Virus record (IMG/VR): IMGVR_UViG_3300027826_000003
Span: 1-38,609 of that record
Origin: a virus
DNA length: 38,609 nt
Direction: 5' to 3' (one strand)
Shown one piece after another: positions 1 to 8,500 of this stretch. The notes beneath the pieces were generated by a model. It worked only from the letters and a program-made list of their open reading frames with translations, was not told where the DNA came from and made no database searches. Within the stretch, counting starts at the first letter, position 1. Every line of letters starts with the position of its first letter. The position numbers were made by a program, and so were the translations under genes.

Positions 1-127
1 CACGACGCGGCCGCGCCGGTCGCGGCCGACGGGGCGATTCAAAAACTGCAACGCCTGCTGAGTCGTGAAGTCAAACGCCTGGTCGGCCGTCGCGCCCTGG
101 GCACGGGCCTGCGAGTAGATCGCTGCG
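1..127. repeat. Terminal direct repeat, copy A. It is identical to 38483..38609, which marks assembly overlap of a circular molecule.
   Basis: I compared both ends base by base. cacgacgcggccgcgccggtcgcggccgacggggcgattcaaaaactgcaacgcc...gcgagtagatcgctgcg occurs at both termini in the same orientation. Confidence 0.95.
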
Positions 128-2037
128 GCCTGGGCCGCGACGCCCGTCTGTTCGAACTTCTTACGCTCGGCCTTCCGTGCATCGTTTTCCTCTTTCGTGT
201 CGGCCTTGGCTTCCGTCGCGTCGGCCGCTTTCTGGGCCCGGCCCTCTTTCTTGACTTCCTTTATGTATTCGGCGACCTCCTGGCCGAGTGACGCCCAGAA
301 CTCCCGCGCCATCTTCTCGCCGGCCGCGCGCTCTTTCTTGAACGCGTGAATGTCCGCGTCGACCTCGTCCTCGATCCCCTTCCAGAACTCGTCGACCTTG
401 CGCTTCAGGACCGGGTTCGCCTGGTCGATCCGTGCGACCAGGTCGCCGAACATCACGGTCGTTTCGCGCGTGAGCCGGTCGAGCTGCCGAAAGGCCGATT
501 CCTCGCCGCGACTGAGCCGGATCATGAGATCCTCGGCGAGCTTCTCCGGCCGGTTCTGCGCCGACCGGAGGCCGTTCACGAGCGACTCGAACCGCTGCCA
601 CTCGCCGGCGACGAGCCGGGCTTTCTCCTCGTCCGTCTTGCCGCTCTGGCGAATGTCGAAGATCGCGTTCTCGGTCACGAGCCGCTGCTGGCGAATGTAG
701 TCCTCCTGGTCCTGGCGCAGCGCATCCGTGAGCGTCGCGAGCGTCTGCGGACCGCGGCCCTTGACCGCCTCCTGAAATCCCTTCGCCCGGCCCTCTTGCT
801 CCTCGCCGGGGGCCTCGAGCAATCGCTTGAGGTCGCGCTGCCGTTCCTGTTGATCGGCGATCTCTCGCTCGAGCTCGGCGGTCCGCGTCCGCAGCCGGTT
901 GTACTCCTCGAGCTGGGCCGCGTTGCCTTTGGCCGCCGCTTCCATCTTTTCGAGCGAGTCTTTCGCCCGGTCGAGCTCGCGCTTGAGGCCGTCGATATCG
1001 TCCGCGGCCTTCGGGAACGGGTTCCGCGTCTCCCAGAATCCCGCGAGCGTGTCCCAGTTGCGGTACAGCGCGACGCCGGCCGTCGCCGCGACCGATATCA
1101 CGGTGCCGAGGCCGCCCAGGCCGAGGAGCAGCGTGGGCAGGTTGTTGGTAATGCTGTTGAGCTTTTGCCCGACGTCGCCCGACGTGCTGACGAAGTCCTG
1201 GAACGCGAACGAGCCGGCCTGAATCTGCATATTCAAGGTCGACATGCCGGCCCGCGTGCCGCCGAGCGCCCCGCCGAGGCGGCCCTGCGCCGAGGTCGCG
1301 GCGGACACGTCGGCGGTGAACGCCTCGAGCGCCCGATCCTCGGCCCAGATAGCATTAGCGGCCTTGCCGGCCTCGGCCGCGAGCTGCTCTTGCTCGGCCT
1401 GCCAGGCGTTGTGCGCCGCGATCGCCCGCTCGATCGCCCGCAGCTCGGCGTCCTCGGCCGCGATCTTCTGGGCGATCGCCGCCGCGTCCTGGACGCTCGC
1501 CGTCGCGAGCTGCGCGTCGGACGCAATGAGCTGCTCTTGCGTGGCGACGATCCGGATCACTTCGCGGTCGACCGCCGCCAGCTCGAGCCGGAATGCTTCC
1601 TCGGCCGCCGCCGCGCGCTCGATCGCGGCGACGTCGAGCGCGGGCCCGGCCGTGCCTTGCTTCCGTGCCGCGGAGACCTCGCGCGCTGCCTCGGCCGCTT
1701 GGCGCTGCCCCGCGGCCCATTCCTCGGCCGCCTCGGCCGCGGCACGGTCCGCGGCCGCCGCCGCCTCGGCCGCTTCCGTGTTCGCCCTGGCCGTCGCGAT
1801 CGCCTCGTCGCGGATCGCGGCGTTCAGGATCTTGAGCGCGGCCTCGTTGGTCCTCAGGTCGCTGTTGAGCGACTTGAGCGCGGCCGCGAATTCCTCCTGG
1901 CTGATCTCCTCGCGGGCGTAGGACTGCGCGAGGTCGAGCATCGCGGCTTTGAGCGCCGCGACCTTCGCCGCGGTGTCGACCGCGGTTTGCTGCCCAGTCA
2001 GGGCGAGCTCGGCGCCGAACTGGAGATTGTTGCTCAT
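1..2037 (-). CDS. Tape-measure-like protein, N-terminal 679 codons. The ORF leaves the window at position 1 and continues across the circular junction into 38482..38189, for 776 aa in total.
   Basis: ATG at 2037..2035 sits in an ATGA overlap with the stop of 2034..2621. Manual translation gives MSNNLQFGAELALTGQQTAVDTAAKVAALKAAML... with no stop down to base 1. The protein is Ala/Glu/Arg-rich coiled coil with a hydrophobic segment LPTLLLGLGGLGTVISVAATAGVALY. The frame is continuous with ORF 38189..38533 (..QQALQFLNRPVGRDRRGRVV..). It is missing from the track because this piece has no stop. Confidence 0.75.
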   Translation of the reverse strand, partial: MSNNLQFGAELALTGQQTAVDTAAKVAALKAAMLDLAQSYAREEISQEEFAAALKSLNSDLRTNEAALKILNAAIRDEAIATARANTEAAEAAAAADRAAAEAAEEWAAGQRQAAEAAREVSAARKQGTAGPALDVAAIERAAAAEEAFRLELAAVDREVIRIVATQEQLIASDAQLATASVQDAAAIAQKIAAEDAELRAIERAIAAHNAWQAEQEQLAAEAGKAANAIWAEDRALEAFTADVSAATSAQGRLGGALGGTRAGMSTLNMQIQAGSFAFQDFVSTSGDVGQKLNSITNNLPTLLLGLGGLGTVISVAATAGVALYRNWDTLAGFWETRNPFPKAADDIDGLKRELDRAKDSLEKMEAAAKGNAAQLEEYNRLRTRTAELEREIADQQERQRDLKRLLEAPGEEQEGRAKGFQEAVKGRGPQTLATLTDALRQDQEDYIRQQRLVTENAIFDIRQSGKTDEEKARLVAGEWQRFESLVNGLRSAQNRPEKLAEDLMIRLSRGEESAFRQLDRLTRETTVMFGDLVARIDQANPVLKRKVDEFWKGIEDEVDADIHAFKKERAAGEKMAREFWASLGQEVAEYIKEVKKEGRAQKAADATEAKADTKEENDARKAERKKFEQTGVAAQAAAIYSQARAQGATADQAFDFTTQQALQFLNRPVGRDRRGRVV

Positions 2038-2621
2038 CGAAACGAGGCCCTCGCGTGTTCGTCGCCCCAGTCCTCGAGGTCGCGGAGGCACTCCGCTTGA
2101 CCTTGTGGACGGATGCCGCGGAGATCGCGCCGGGGGAGCCGGCCGCCGCCGGCGAAGTGATAGATGAGAAACGCGATCCCCTTGCCCGAGAGCACGTCGG
2201 CCCAGGCGCCGACCGCGTAATAAACCCGGCGTGCGCTGTCGTACCCCTGGCCGGTGTAGAGGTTCGTGATCACGCGCGAAAACTTCCCCCGCGGTGCGAG
2301 CGGCGGCCCGGCGAGCCGCCGGTACTGAGCGCCGGTGAGATTGTTGTGCGCCGTCTCCGCAAACTTGCCGCCGGTGAACACCGCACGGCGCTCGAGCTTG
2401 CGCTGTTCTTTCACGCCCCACTTGGACGTCTGCTTTCCGGGACGGTAGGTGACGGCGGCCATGTCGCGGCCGTCCTTGTCCTTGCCGTCGAGGATGCCGC
2501 GCGTGTTGTCGGCGACGATCCGCTTTTCCCACCGCGTCAGGAGCGGGCGAACGTCGGGCTTGCGAAAGCGCTCGATCTGCCCGCGAATCCGATCGAGCGC
2601 GTCGACGTTAAAACGACCCAT
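2034..2621 (-). CDS. Virion morphogenesis or tail-completion-like protein, with a Mu G / HK97 gp10-like C-terminal motif. The functional call is tentative.
   Basis: 195-aa ORF. GIAFLIYHFAGGGRLPRRDLRGI resembles the YA.IHqfGG...P.RpFLG motif of virion morphogenesis proteins. ATGA coupling to the downstream tape-measure-like gene. GC3 is high. Confidence 0.6.
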   Translation of the reverse strand: MGRFNVDALDRIRGQIERFRKPDVRPLLTRWEKRIVADNTRGILDGKDKDGRDMAAVTYRPGKQTSKWGVKEQRKLERRAVFTGGKFAETAHNNLTGAQYRRLAGPPLAPRGKFSRVITNLYTGQGYDSARRVYYAVGAWADVLSGKGIAFLIYHFAGGGRLPRRDLRGIRPQGQAECLRDLEDWGDEHARASFR

Positions 2622-3750
2622 AGCGGCCGAGCCTCACGAAATGCCACTCGCCGATACCCAGGGGGTGCGTCGTCTCGCTCGCGGCGACGGTGGCCGCGTC
2701 CATCGCCTCGACCATGTTCGCGCGGCTGAGGTCGAGATAGCGGGCGTTGGTCGCCAGCGCGAGCAACCGCTTGAACTCTGTCAGGCCGATCGGCCCGTAC
2801 CGGCGCACGTACGCCGCCCAGGCCGCGGAGATGAACACCTTGTCCGGCCCGAACCGTCCCGACTCGTCGACGGTCGCCGCGACCTCGAGCACGCGCCGGG
2901 CGAATTCCGCCAGGTCGGGCGGCGGTGTCGCGGGCTGCGGTTTCGGAGCCGGGGCCGGAGCCGCCGCGGGCTTCGGCTTCAGGCTCGCCGCGTGGAGCAC
3001 CGCGGGGGGCCGGGGCTTCGGCCTGGGCTTCGCCGCCGCCGCGGCCGGGGGTCGCGGCTTGCCGAGCTGGCGGAAGCCGGAAAAGTATCCCTCGTCGATC
3101 GACCGCCGGACCGTCTCGCGCTGCGCGCCGATGCCGAAGGTGAACCGATCGATATCGATCCGGCCGGTGACCCTGAACCGCACCGGCTCGCGCGTCGCGA
3201 GCTGTTTCATGCGCTCGGCCGGCAGCTCGAGCCGCTCGGCCGCCTCGGCGACGGCGATCGCGTTTCGGTAGCCGTGCCACCAGACCGCGCCATATTGCCG
3301 CAGCTCGGCGACGTCGTCGTCACTCCACCCGATCACGTCGCGGTAGAGACCGCGGCCCAGGCCGGCGCGGTGGTAGCCGAGGATCCGTCCCCAGTGCTTG
3401 CCCGTGACCTCGTCGACCGCCCAGTGCCATTCCGCGTGATCGACGAACCCGCGGCCGCGCAAGAGCTCCTCGGTCCGGGAGAGACCCATCGCCGGCACGA
3501 GCGGCGGGTTGTCGGCGGTGCCCTGGCCGGTGTGCGACCGCCAGCGCCCGCGCCGCCGAGTCGATTCGGCGATCGGGATCAGCGGTCGGCCGAAGCGGTC
3601 GAGCCCGCGGTTGCACCGTCGGCGAAAGACCTCGAGGCCCTTGCGCGCGACGAAGGCCCAGAACGCCCGCTTGACCGACTCGTCCGAACCGCGGAACGTA
3701 TTATCCGTGGGCTCGATTCCGCGCAGCCGGAATGCAAACGATTCGGCCAC
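2608..3750 (-). CDS. Hypothetical tail-module protein with two domains separated by a Pro/Lys/Ala-rich linker.
   Basis: 380-aa ORF with a GTG start at 3750. The linker is KPRPPAAAAAKPRPKPRPPAVLHAASLKPKPAAAPAPAPKPQPATPPP. It lies between the tube-like gene and the tape-measure-like gene. Confidence 0.65.
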   Translation of the reverse strand: MAESFAFRLRGIEPTDNTFRGSDESVKRAFWAFVARKGLEVFRRRCNRGLDRFGRPLIPIAESTRRRGRWRSHTGQGTADNPPLVPAMGLSRTEELLRGRGFVDHAEWHWAVDEVTGKHWGRILGYHRAGLGRGLYRDVIGWSDDDVAELRQYGAVWWHGYRNAIAVAEAAERLELPAERMKQLATREPVRFRVTGRIDIDRFTFGIGAQRETVRRSIDEGYFSGFRQLGKPRPPAAAAAKPRPKPRPPAVLHAASLKPKPAAAPAPAPKPQPATPPPDLAEFARRVLEVAATVDESGRFGPDKVFISAAWAAYVRRYGPIGLTEFKRLLALATNARYLDLSRANMVEAMDAATVAASETTHPLGIGEWHFVRLGRYGSF

Positions 3751-3776
3751 GTTCTATGGTCCTTACGGGAGATCCC

Positions 3777-4055
3777 ATGTCGCTCTACCTGGTGATGCTG
3801 CTCGCCGGCCTGGTCGGCGGCCTCGTCTTCGCGATGCTCGGCCGCTGGGTCGCCGACCAGAAACACCGCGACCCGAACGAGGGCGCCTTGCTCGGCTTCC
3901 TCCTCGGGCCGTTCGGCGTCCTGGTCGAGCTGCTCTTACCGACGAAGGAAGCGCCGAAGCGAAAGGCGGTCCGTCGCCTCGATCGATCGGGCTGGCAACC
4001 GCCGCGTGATGAGGCGTTCGACCAGGAAGCGGCCAACTGGATCACGCGAAACTGA
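3777..4055 (+). CDS. Small two-TM membrane protein encoded against the tail operon (moron-like).
   Basis: ATG at 3777 follows GGGAGA (3766-3771). The product is MSLYLVMLLAGLVGGLVFAMLGRW...LLGFLLGPFGVLVELLLP..., 92 aa with very high GC3. It lies 26 nt from the divergent GTG start at 3750, and its 3' end overlaps the 3' end of 4042..5025 by 14 nt. Confidence 0.6.
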   Translation: MSLYLVMLLAGLVGGLVFAMLGRWVADQKHRDPNEGALLGFLLGPFGVLVELLLPTKEAPKRKAVRRLDRSGWQPPRDEAFDQEAANWITRN

Positions 4056-5025
4056 ACGAGATATCGGCCGCCGCGGTCTGGTCGAACGTGTTGAGCAGGG
4101 TCATTTTTTGCGTGTACGCCTTGTCGAGCGGCAGATCGAACGGGAGATCCGTGACGACGTTCTGCGCGTTGAGCTGCACCGTAAGGTTTTGCCCCGTGAC
4201 GTTGTTCTGAAACGTCACGCTCGCGGCCTGGGGCGTCGAGAGCTCGAACGGCGAGCGATCGTCGGGTGTGCCCTTGAAATAGAGCGTCGTCTCGAGCGTG
4301 CTCTCGCGGCCGTACCAGTTGAGGATCGAAAGGCCCTGGGACTCGAACCACTGGCCGTCGAGCGCGTTGTTGACGGCGATCGCGAGGTCGCGGTACTGGG
4401 TCCGCGTCGCGCCGCCGATCGAGAGCTGGCCCGACGTCTGGTGGAACGTGTAGGGCGTGAGCGGCATCTCGACCTCGGTCGGGACCGGGAACGGCGTCGT
4501 CGACGGGTCGCCGGTGTCAGTGCCGTAGCCGGTTTGCGTGCACGCCGTCAGGCCGAGCGTGACCATCGCCGTCGTCGAGTCGGTCGAGACCTCGACGCGG
4601 AGCGACGAGACCTTGCAGCCGCTATACGTCTTGCGGTAGTACGTGCCGTCGCTCTTGCGGATCGCGTGGTAGACGGTGCAGCTCGCGAGGTCGCCGGCGA
4701 GCTCGGTCGTCGTCCAGGGCGACGTCTGGCCGGAGTTGATGCGGAGCAGTCCCCAGTTGAGTAAAAACTGGGCCTGCGCTGGATAGAGCTTCGTCTTGAG
4801 CTGGCCCTTGCACTCATAGTGATCGGAGATCACTTCCGACGCGATTGCCAGGCCGCCGCCGTAGGGAATCCGTTCCTGGATCGGCTTCGCGTACATGGTG
4901 AACGAGTTGCCGTCGATCAGACGGACGAAGATCGAATTCGTGCCGATCGTGGGCGACATCACGGGAGTACCGAGCGCCGACTCCTGCACGATGTAGAGAA
5001 ATTCACGGGCGGTGCTGTTGGCCAT
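4042..5025 (-). CDS. Putative major tail (tube) protein.
   Basis: 327-aa beta-rich ORF. The N-terminus ..EFLYIVQESALGTPV.. resembles tail-tube family starts. It sits downstream of a neck-like gene and upstream of assembly and tape-measure genes. GGAG lies 8 nt before the ATG. Confidence 0.5.
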   Translation of the reverse strand: MANSTAREFLYIVQESALGTPVMSPTIGTNSIFVRLIDGNSFTMYAKPIQERIPYGGGLAIASEVISDHYECKGQLKTKLYPAQAQFLLNWGLLRINSGQTSPWTTTELAGDLASCTVYHAIRKSDGTYYRKTYSGCKVSSLRVEVSTDSTTAMVTLGLTACTQTGYGTDTGDPSTTPFPVPTEVEMPLTPYTFHQTSGQLSIGGATRTQYRDLAIAVNNALDGQWFESQGLSILNWYGRESTLETTLYFKGTPDDRSPFELSTPQAASVTFQNNVTGQNLTVQLNAQNVVTDLPFDLPLDKAYTQKMTLLNTFDQTAAADISFSFA

Positions 5026-5048
5026 TTTTCAGGCTCCACGGGTGGTTG

Positions 5049-5561
5049 TTAAGTCGGCTGAACGGTGTTCACGATGCGCAGGTAAAAACGGCCCTCGCCG
5101 TACATGGTTCCTTCGGGGCTCGCTTCCGGCCGGGGTGCGATGCCGGGCGCGCCGAAAACGATTTCCCCCGTCTCGGCGCCGACCGCGGCCAGGTCGAGCC
5201 CGAACGACGTCCCGCCGCCGACCGAGGGACCATTCGGGAGCAATGCGCTTCGCAGCACTCCCCAGAGGTCCGTCACGTCATCGACGCACGTCGAGCTGAT
5301 CCCGAGCTCGACCTTGACCCAGAGCGTTTCCACGGCCGCGTCCGGGCTGTACCAGTCCTCGTCGACGGGGTTCGGCGTGAGGCGCACGACCGGGGCGTTC
5401 GCGCTCGGCGCAAACGGGCTCTTGTCGGCCGTCACGCCCTCCCACGATCGGAGGTTCGGCCCGACGAGCCGTTTCACGGTCGGGTCGTTTTTGAGCTGCT
5501 GAACGATCCGGCGAAAGACCTTCGTCTGGTTCGTCTCGGGTGTCTTCAGGCTTTTCCCCAC
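5049..5561 (-). CDS. Hypothetical virion protein, possibly a head-tail joining or tail-terminator type.
   Basis: 170-aa ORF with a GTG start 7 nt after GGGGAGG. Its position directly upstream of the tube-like gene supports the call. High GC3. Confidence 0.55.
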   Translation of the reverse strand: MGKSLKTPETNQTKVFRRIVQQLKNDPTVKRLVGPNLRSWEGVTADKSPFAPSANAPVVRLTPNPVDEDWYSPDAAVETLWVKVELGISSTCVDDVTDLWGVLRSALLPNGPSVGGGTSFGLDLAAVGAETGEIVFGAPGIAPRPEASPEGTMYGEGRFYLRIVNTVQPT

Positions 5562-5562
5562 G

Positions 5563-8500
5563 TCAGAACCTCCCCTTGCCGCGCTGGCCGCCGGCCGGTC
5601 GCGGCGGATTCGGTGCGGTGTCCGCGCGCGCCCTTCGCGGCCGCGCGTCGGGCGGTGCCGGGGCTCGTGCCGGCGTCGTCGGCGGCGGTCCCGCGGTCGG
5701 CGCGAGCGTCACGCTCGCGACCGCCGGCACCGGCGCCGTGATCGGAGGCGACGGATTCAGGACGAGCGGGCCGGCGTATTCGGCCTGCACAAGTTTTTGA
5801 CGGCGATCGAACGCGAAACGCCGGCGGGTCGGCGTTGGTGTCGGTGTGGGCGTTGGTGTCGGTGTGGGGGTGGGGGTTGGAGTCGGAGTCGGGGTCGGGG
5901 TCGGCGTCGGCGTGGGGCTCGGAATGCCCATGTAATAGAGCTCGGCCCCGCCGTCCTCCGGGACCATCGCCGCGACGTTCGCCGGGTTCGCGTTCTCGCC
6001 GATCGTGCCCGTGCCGACGCTCGTTTGCAGCGCCGACGGATACACGTTCCATGCCTGCCCGTAGCTCGGGCCGCCGAACCCGTCGATCGCAAACCGCGTG
6101 TATTCGGCGACATTCATCTGCTGATCGAGGTACTGTAGCTCGGCGAGATGCGCGCGGTAGAACCGTGGCGAGCGCTGGGTCGCATGCGCGTTTTTCGCGC
6201 GGAGCGCGAAGTTGTTTCTTGAAGTCGGGTCGTACGCGTAGTACGGATCGAGGTCGGACGGGCCCGCCTCGTAATTGCAGAGCTTCACATTGCTGAACTG
6301 CCCCACGTACTGGGGGGCCGACAACAGAGCGAGCTGGCCGGCAGAGATCGCGTACCGGCCCGAATAGAGCGAGGCGAGGCCGTAGAGGTCGACGAAGTCG
6401 TCGGGATAACACTGTTCCATCCACGCGGTGATCGTCCCGGACGATAGCGCGTTGTCGTAGTGCGCGGCGGTGGGGTTCGTGTCCTGGTATCCGTCCGGCG
6501 CGAATCGGTCGAACGTGCGGCCCGTCCACAGGCACCAGTCCCCGATCGCGGGGGGCACGGTAGATTGGCCGGTCCATCCTCCCATGATGCGAATGAGCTT
6601 CGCCGGGTCGCGGCCGGTCGTCGTGTACCCGGAGCCGCCGGCCGTCAGGGTCAGGCCGGTGACCACTCCCCCGCTAACGGTCGCGGTCGCGGTGGCGCCG
6701 CTGCCGTAGCCGCCGGCGATCCGGACCGTCGGCGTCGAGCCGTACCCGAGGCCCGGGTAGTCGAGCACGATCCCGGTCACGGCGCCGCCGGCGACCGTGA
6801 CGTGCCCGGTCGCGCGCCGCGGGGCGATCTGCACCGTCGGGGCCGACGTGTACCCGCTCCCCCCGGTATTGACCGTGATCGACGTCACATGGCCGCTGCC
6901 GTCGAGATTCGCGGTCGCCGTCGCGCCGGAGCCGCCGCCGCCGGAGATCACGACGGCCGGGGGCGACGTGTAGTAAATCCCCTCGTTCGTGACCGTGATT
7001 CCCGTCACGGCGCCGCCGGAGATCGTGGCGTACGCGATCGCCAGGGCGCCTGACTGGGCGAACCCACCGTCAATCTCGACCGAGGGAATCCCGGTCCACA
7101 TCGACATGGCCAGGGCGTGACACTGCGCCGCGCGGTGGGCGTAGTAATACGACCAGCTCGGCCCGGTCTGCGCACAGGGCCAGCCGGTGGCGCCGCTCGA
7201 CGCGAGCCACTGGCCAGTCAGGTCGTTCGAATTGAGCACCATCTGCGGCACGGGCGTTTCCGCGCCGCCGTTCCAGTGCTCGTTGGTGTACTCGAAAGCG
7301 ACCGACTCGCCGGCCGAAAGTACGGCGTTGACGTCGGCGAAGGCGTCCATCACGAAGCTGTCCGTGGCCCAGACGGGAACCTGGATCCACGGGATCATGC
7401 CGCACTCGTGCGCGATCTGGACGTGCTCCTTCGTCGGGGCCGCGCCCCCGCCCATCTCAAGGGTCAGGGTTCCCGCGCCGTCCGGAGTGTGCGAGGCGAG
7501 GAGCGTCGTCGGGTCGGGTCCGCCCGATGCCTGGCTATCGGAGTAGCTCTGAAGGATGAAATGCGTCGCGTCGAGCACATAGATAATGTGCGTCGAGTCG
7601 ATCTTGGTGCAGCCGAACGTGAGCGACTCGGTCGCGGTGACGCTCGCCGCGTTCTTCAAGGTGACCTGGGTCGATGAGTCTACCGATTGAATCTGGGTGT
7701 CATACGGAATGCCCGTTCCCAGGACTTCCATGCCGTTGCGAAGGCCAGTCGTCGAGGAGAGGCCCGTCACGACGGCCGTACCGTTGAGCGTGCCCGTGAG
7801 GATCACGGATCCGGTGTCGGCGAAAATCTGCGTGTTGACGTTGAATAGGACCTGGTGGCCGGTCGCGAGCCCGTGCGGCGACGCGCAGGTGACCTTGATC
7901 ACGGAATTGTTGACCGACTGCGGAAAGACCCGCTGCGCGATGGCGAGCGTCGTCGGGTCGCTACTCGTGACCGGGTCGAACGCCGTCACGCCGATGGTGA
8001 GGATCCGCGAATCGATGTAGTACGAAAGGTTGCTGGTCGAGTGCTCGTCCGAGTAATTGGCAAAATGCGAGTTGAGCACGCCGATAAAGTGCTGCCCGCG
8101 CAGGAAGCCGCCGGGGAACTTGCTCCCGGTGATCGCGTACGGATAGGTCGGGTTATACGTCGCCAGCCGGGCCAGAAAATGGGGGTGCGCGGTGTGCGGC
8201 CAGTCGTCCGGCGTGTCGGGGTCGTGAATCCAGTTGAGGTAAATGAAGTCGTCCGTGCTGCCGCTGGACGTGCAATTCAGTTGCAGCGCCGGGTTATAGA
8301 ACGGCTTGGGCTGGCTCGTGTAGTTCGGCGTCTGCCGCCAGATGATATTGGTACCGGGGCCGCCCGTGTACGGCGGATCGCTCGACACTCCGACCGCGCT
8401 CTGGCCGCCGTCCTCGATCGCGAGCGTCGGATTGCCGGATGTGTTGAAGTTGAACGACCACTGCCCCGTGCGGTTCGCCAGGGGGAAGCCGTAAGCGTCG

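Noticed and set aside
346-2100. A 584-aa plus-strand ORF, together with similar long plus-strand ORFs at 2449..3795, 8578..9726, 9811..10923, 10622..11920, 12288..13706, 13718..15388, 19430..20719, 20920..22254 and 35970..37274.
   Set aside because: These are Leu/Arg/Asp/Gly/Val-rich translations lying exactly antisense to well-supported minus-strand genes with recognisable domains and high GC3. They are typical shadow ORFs of high-GC DNA.
6613-7035. A diversity-generating retroelement or other targeted hypervariation system, suggested by repeated modules in the receptor-binding-type proteins.
   Set aside because: No reverse-transcriptase-like ORF exists anywhere in the genome. No near-identical template/variable DNA pair with adenine-specific differences is present, and the module copies share only short DNA identities.
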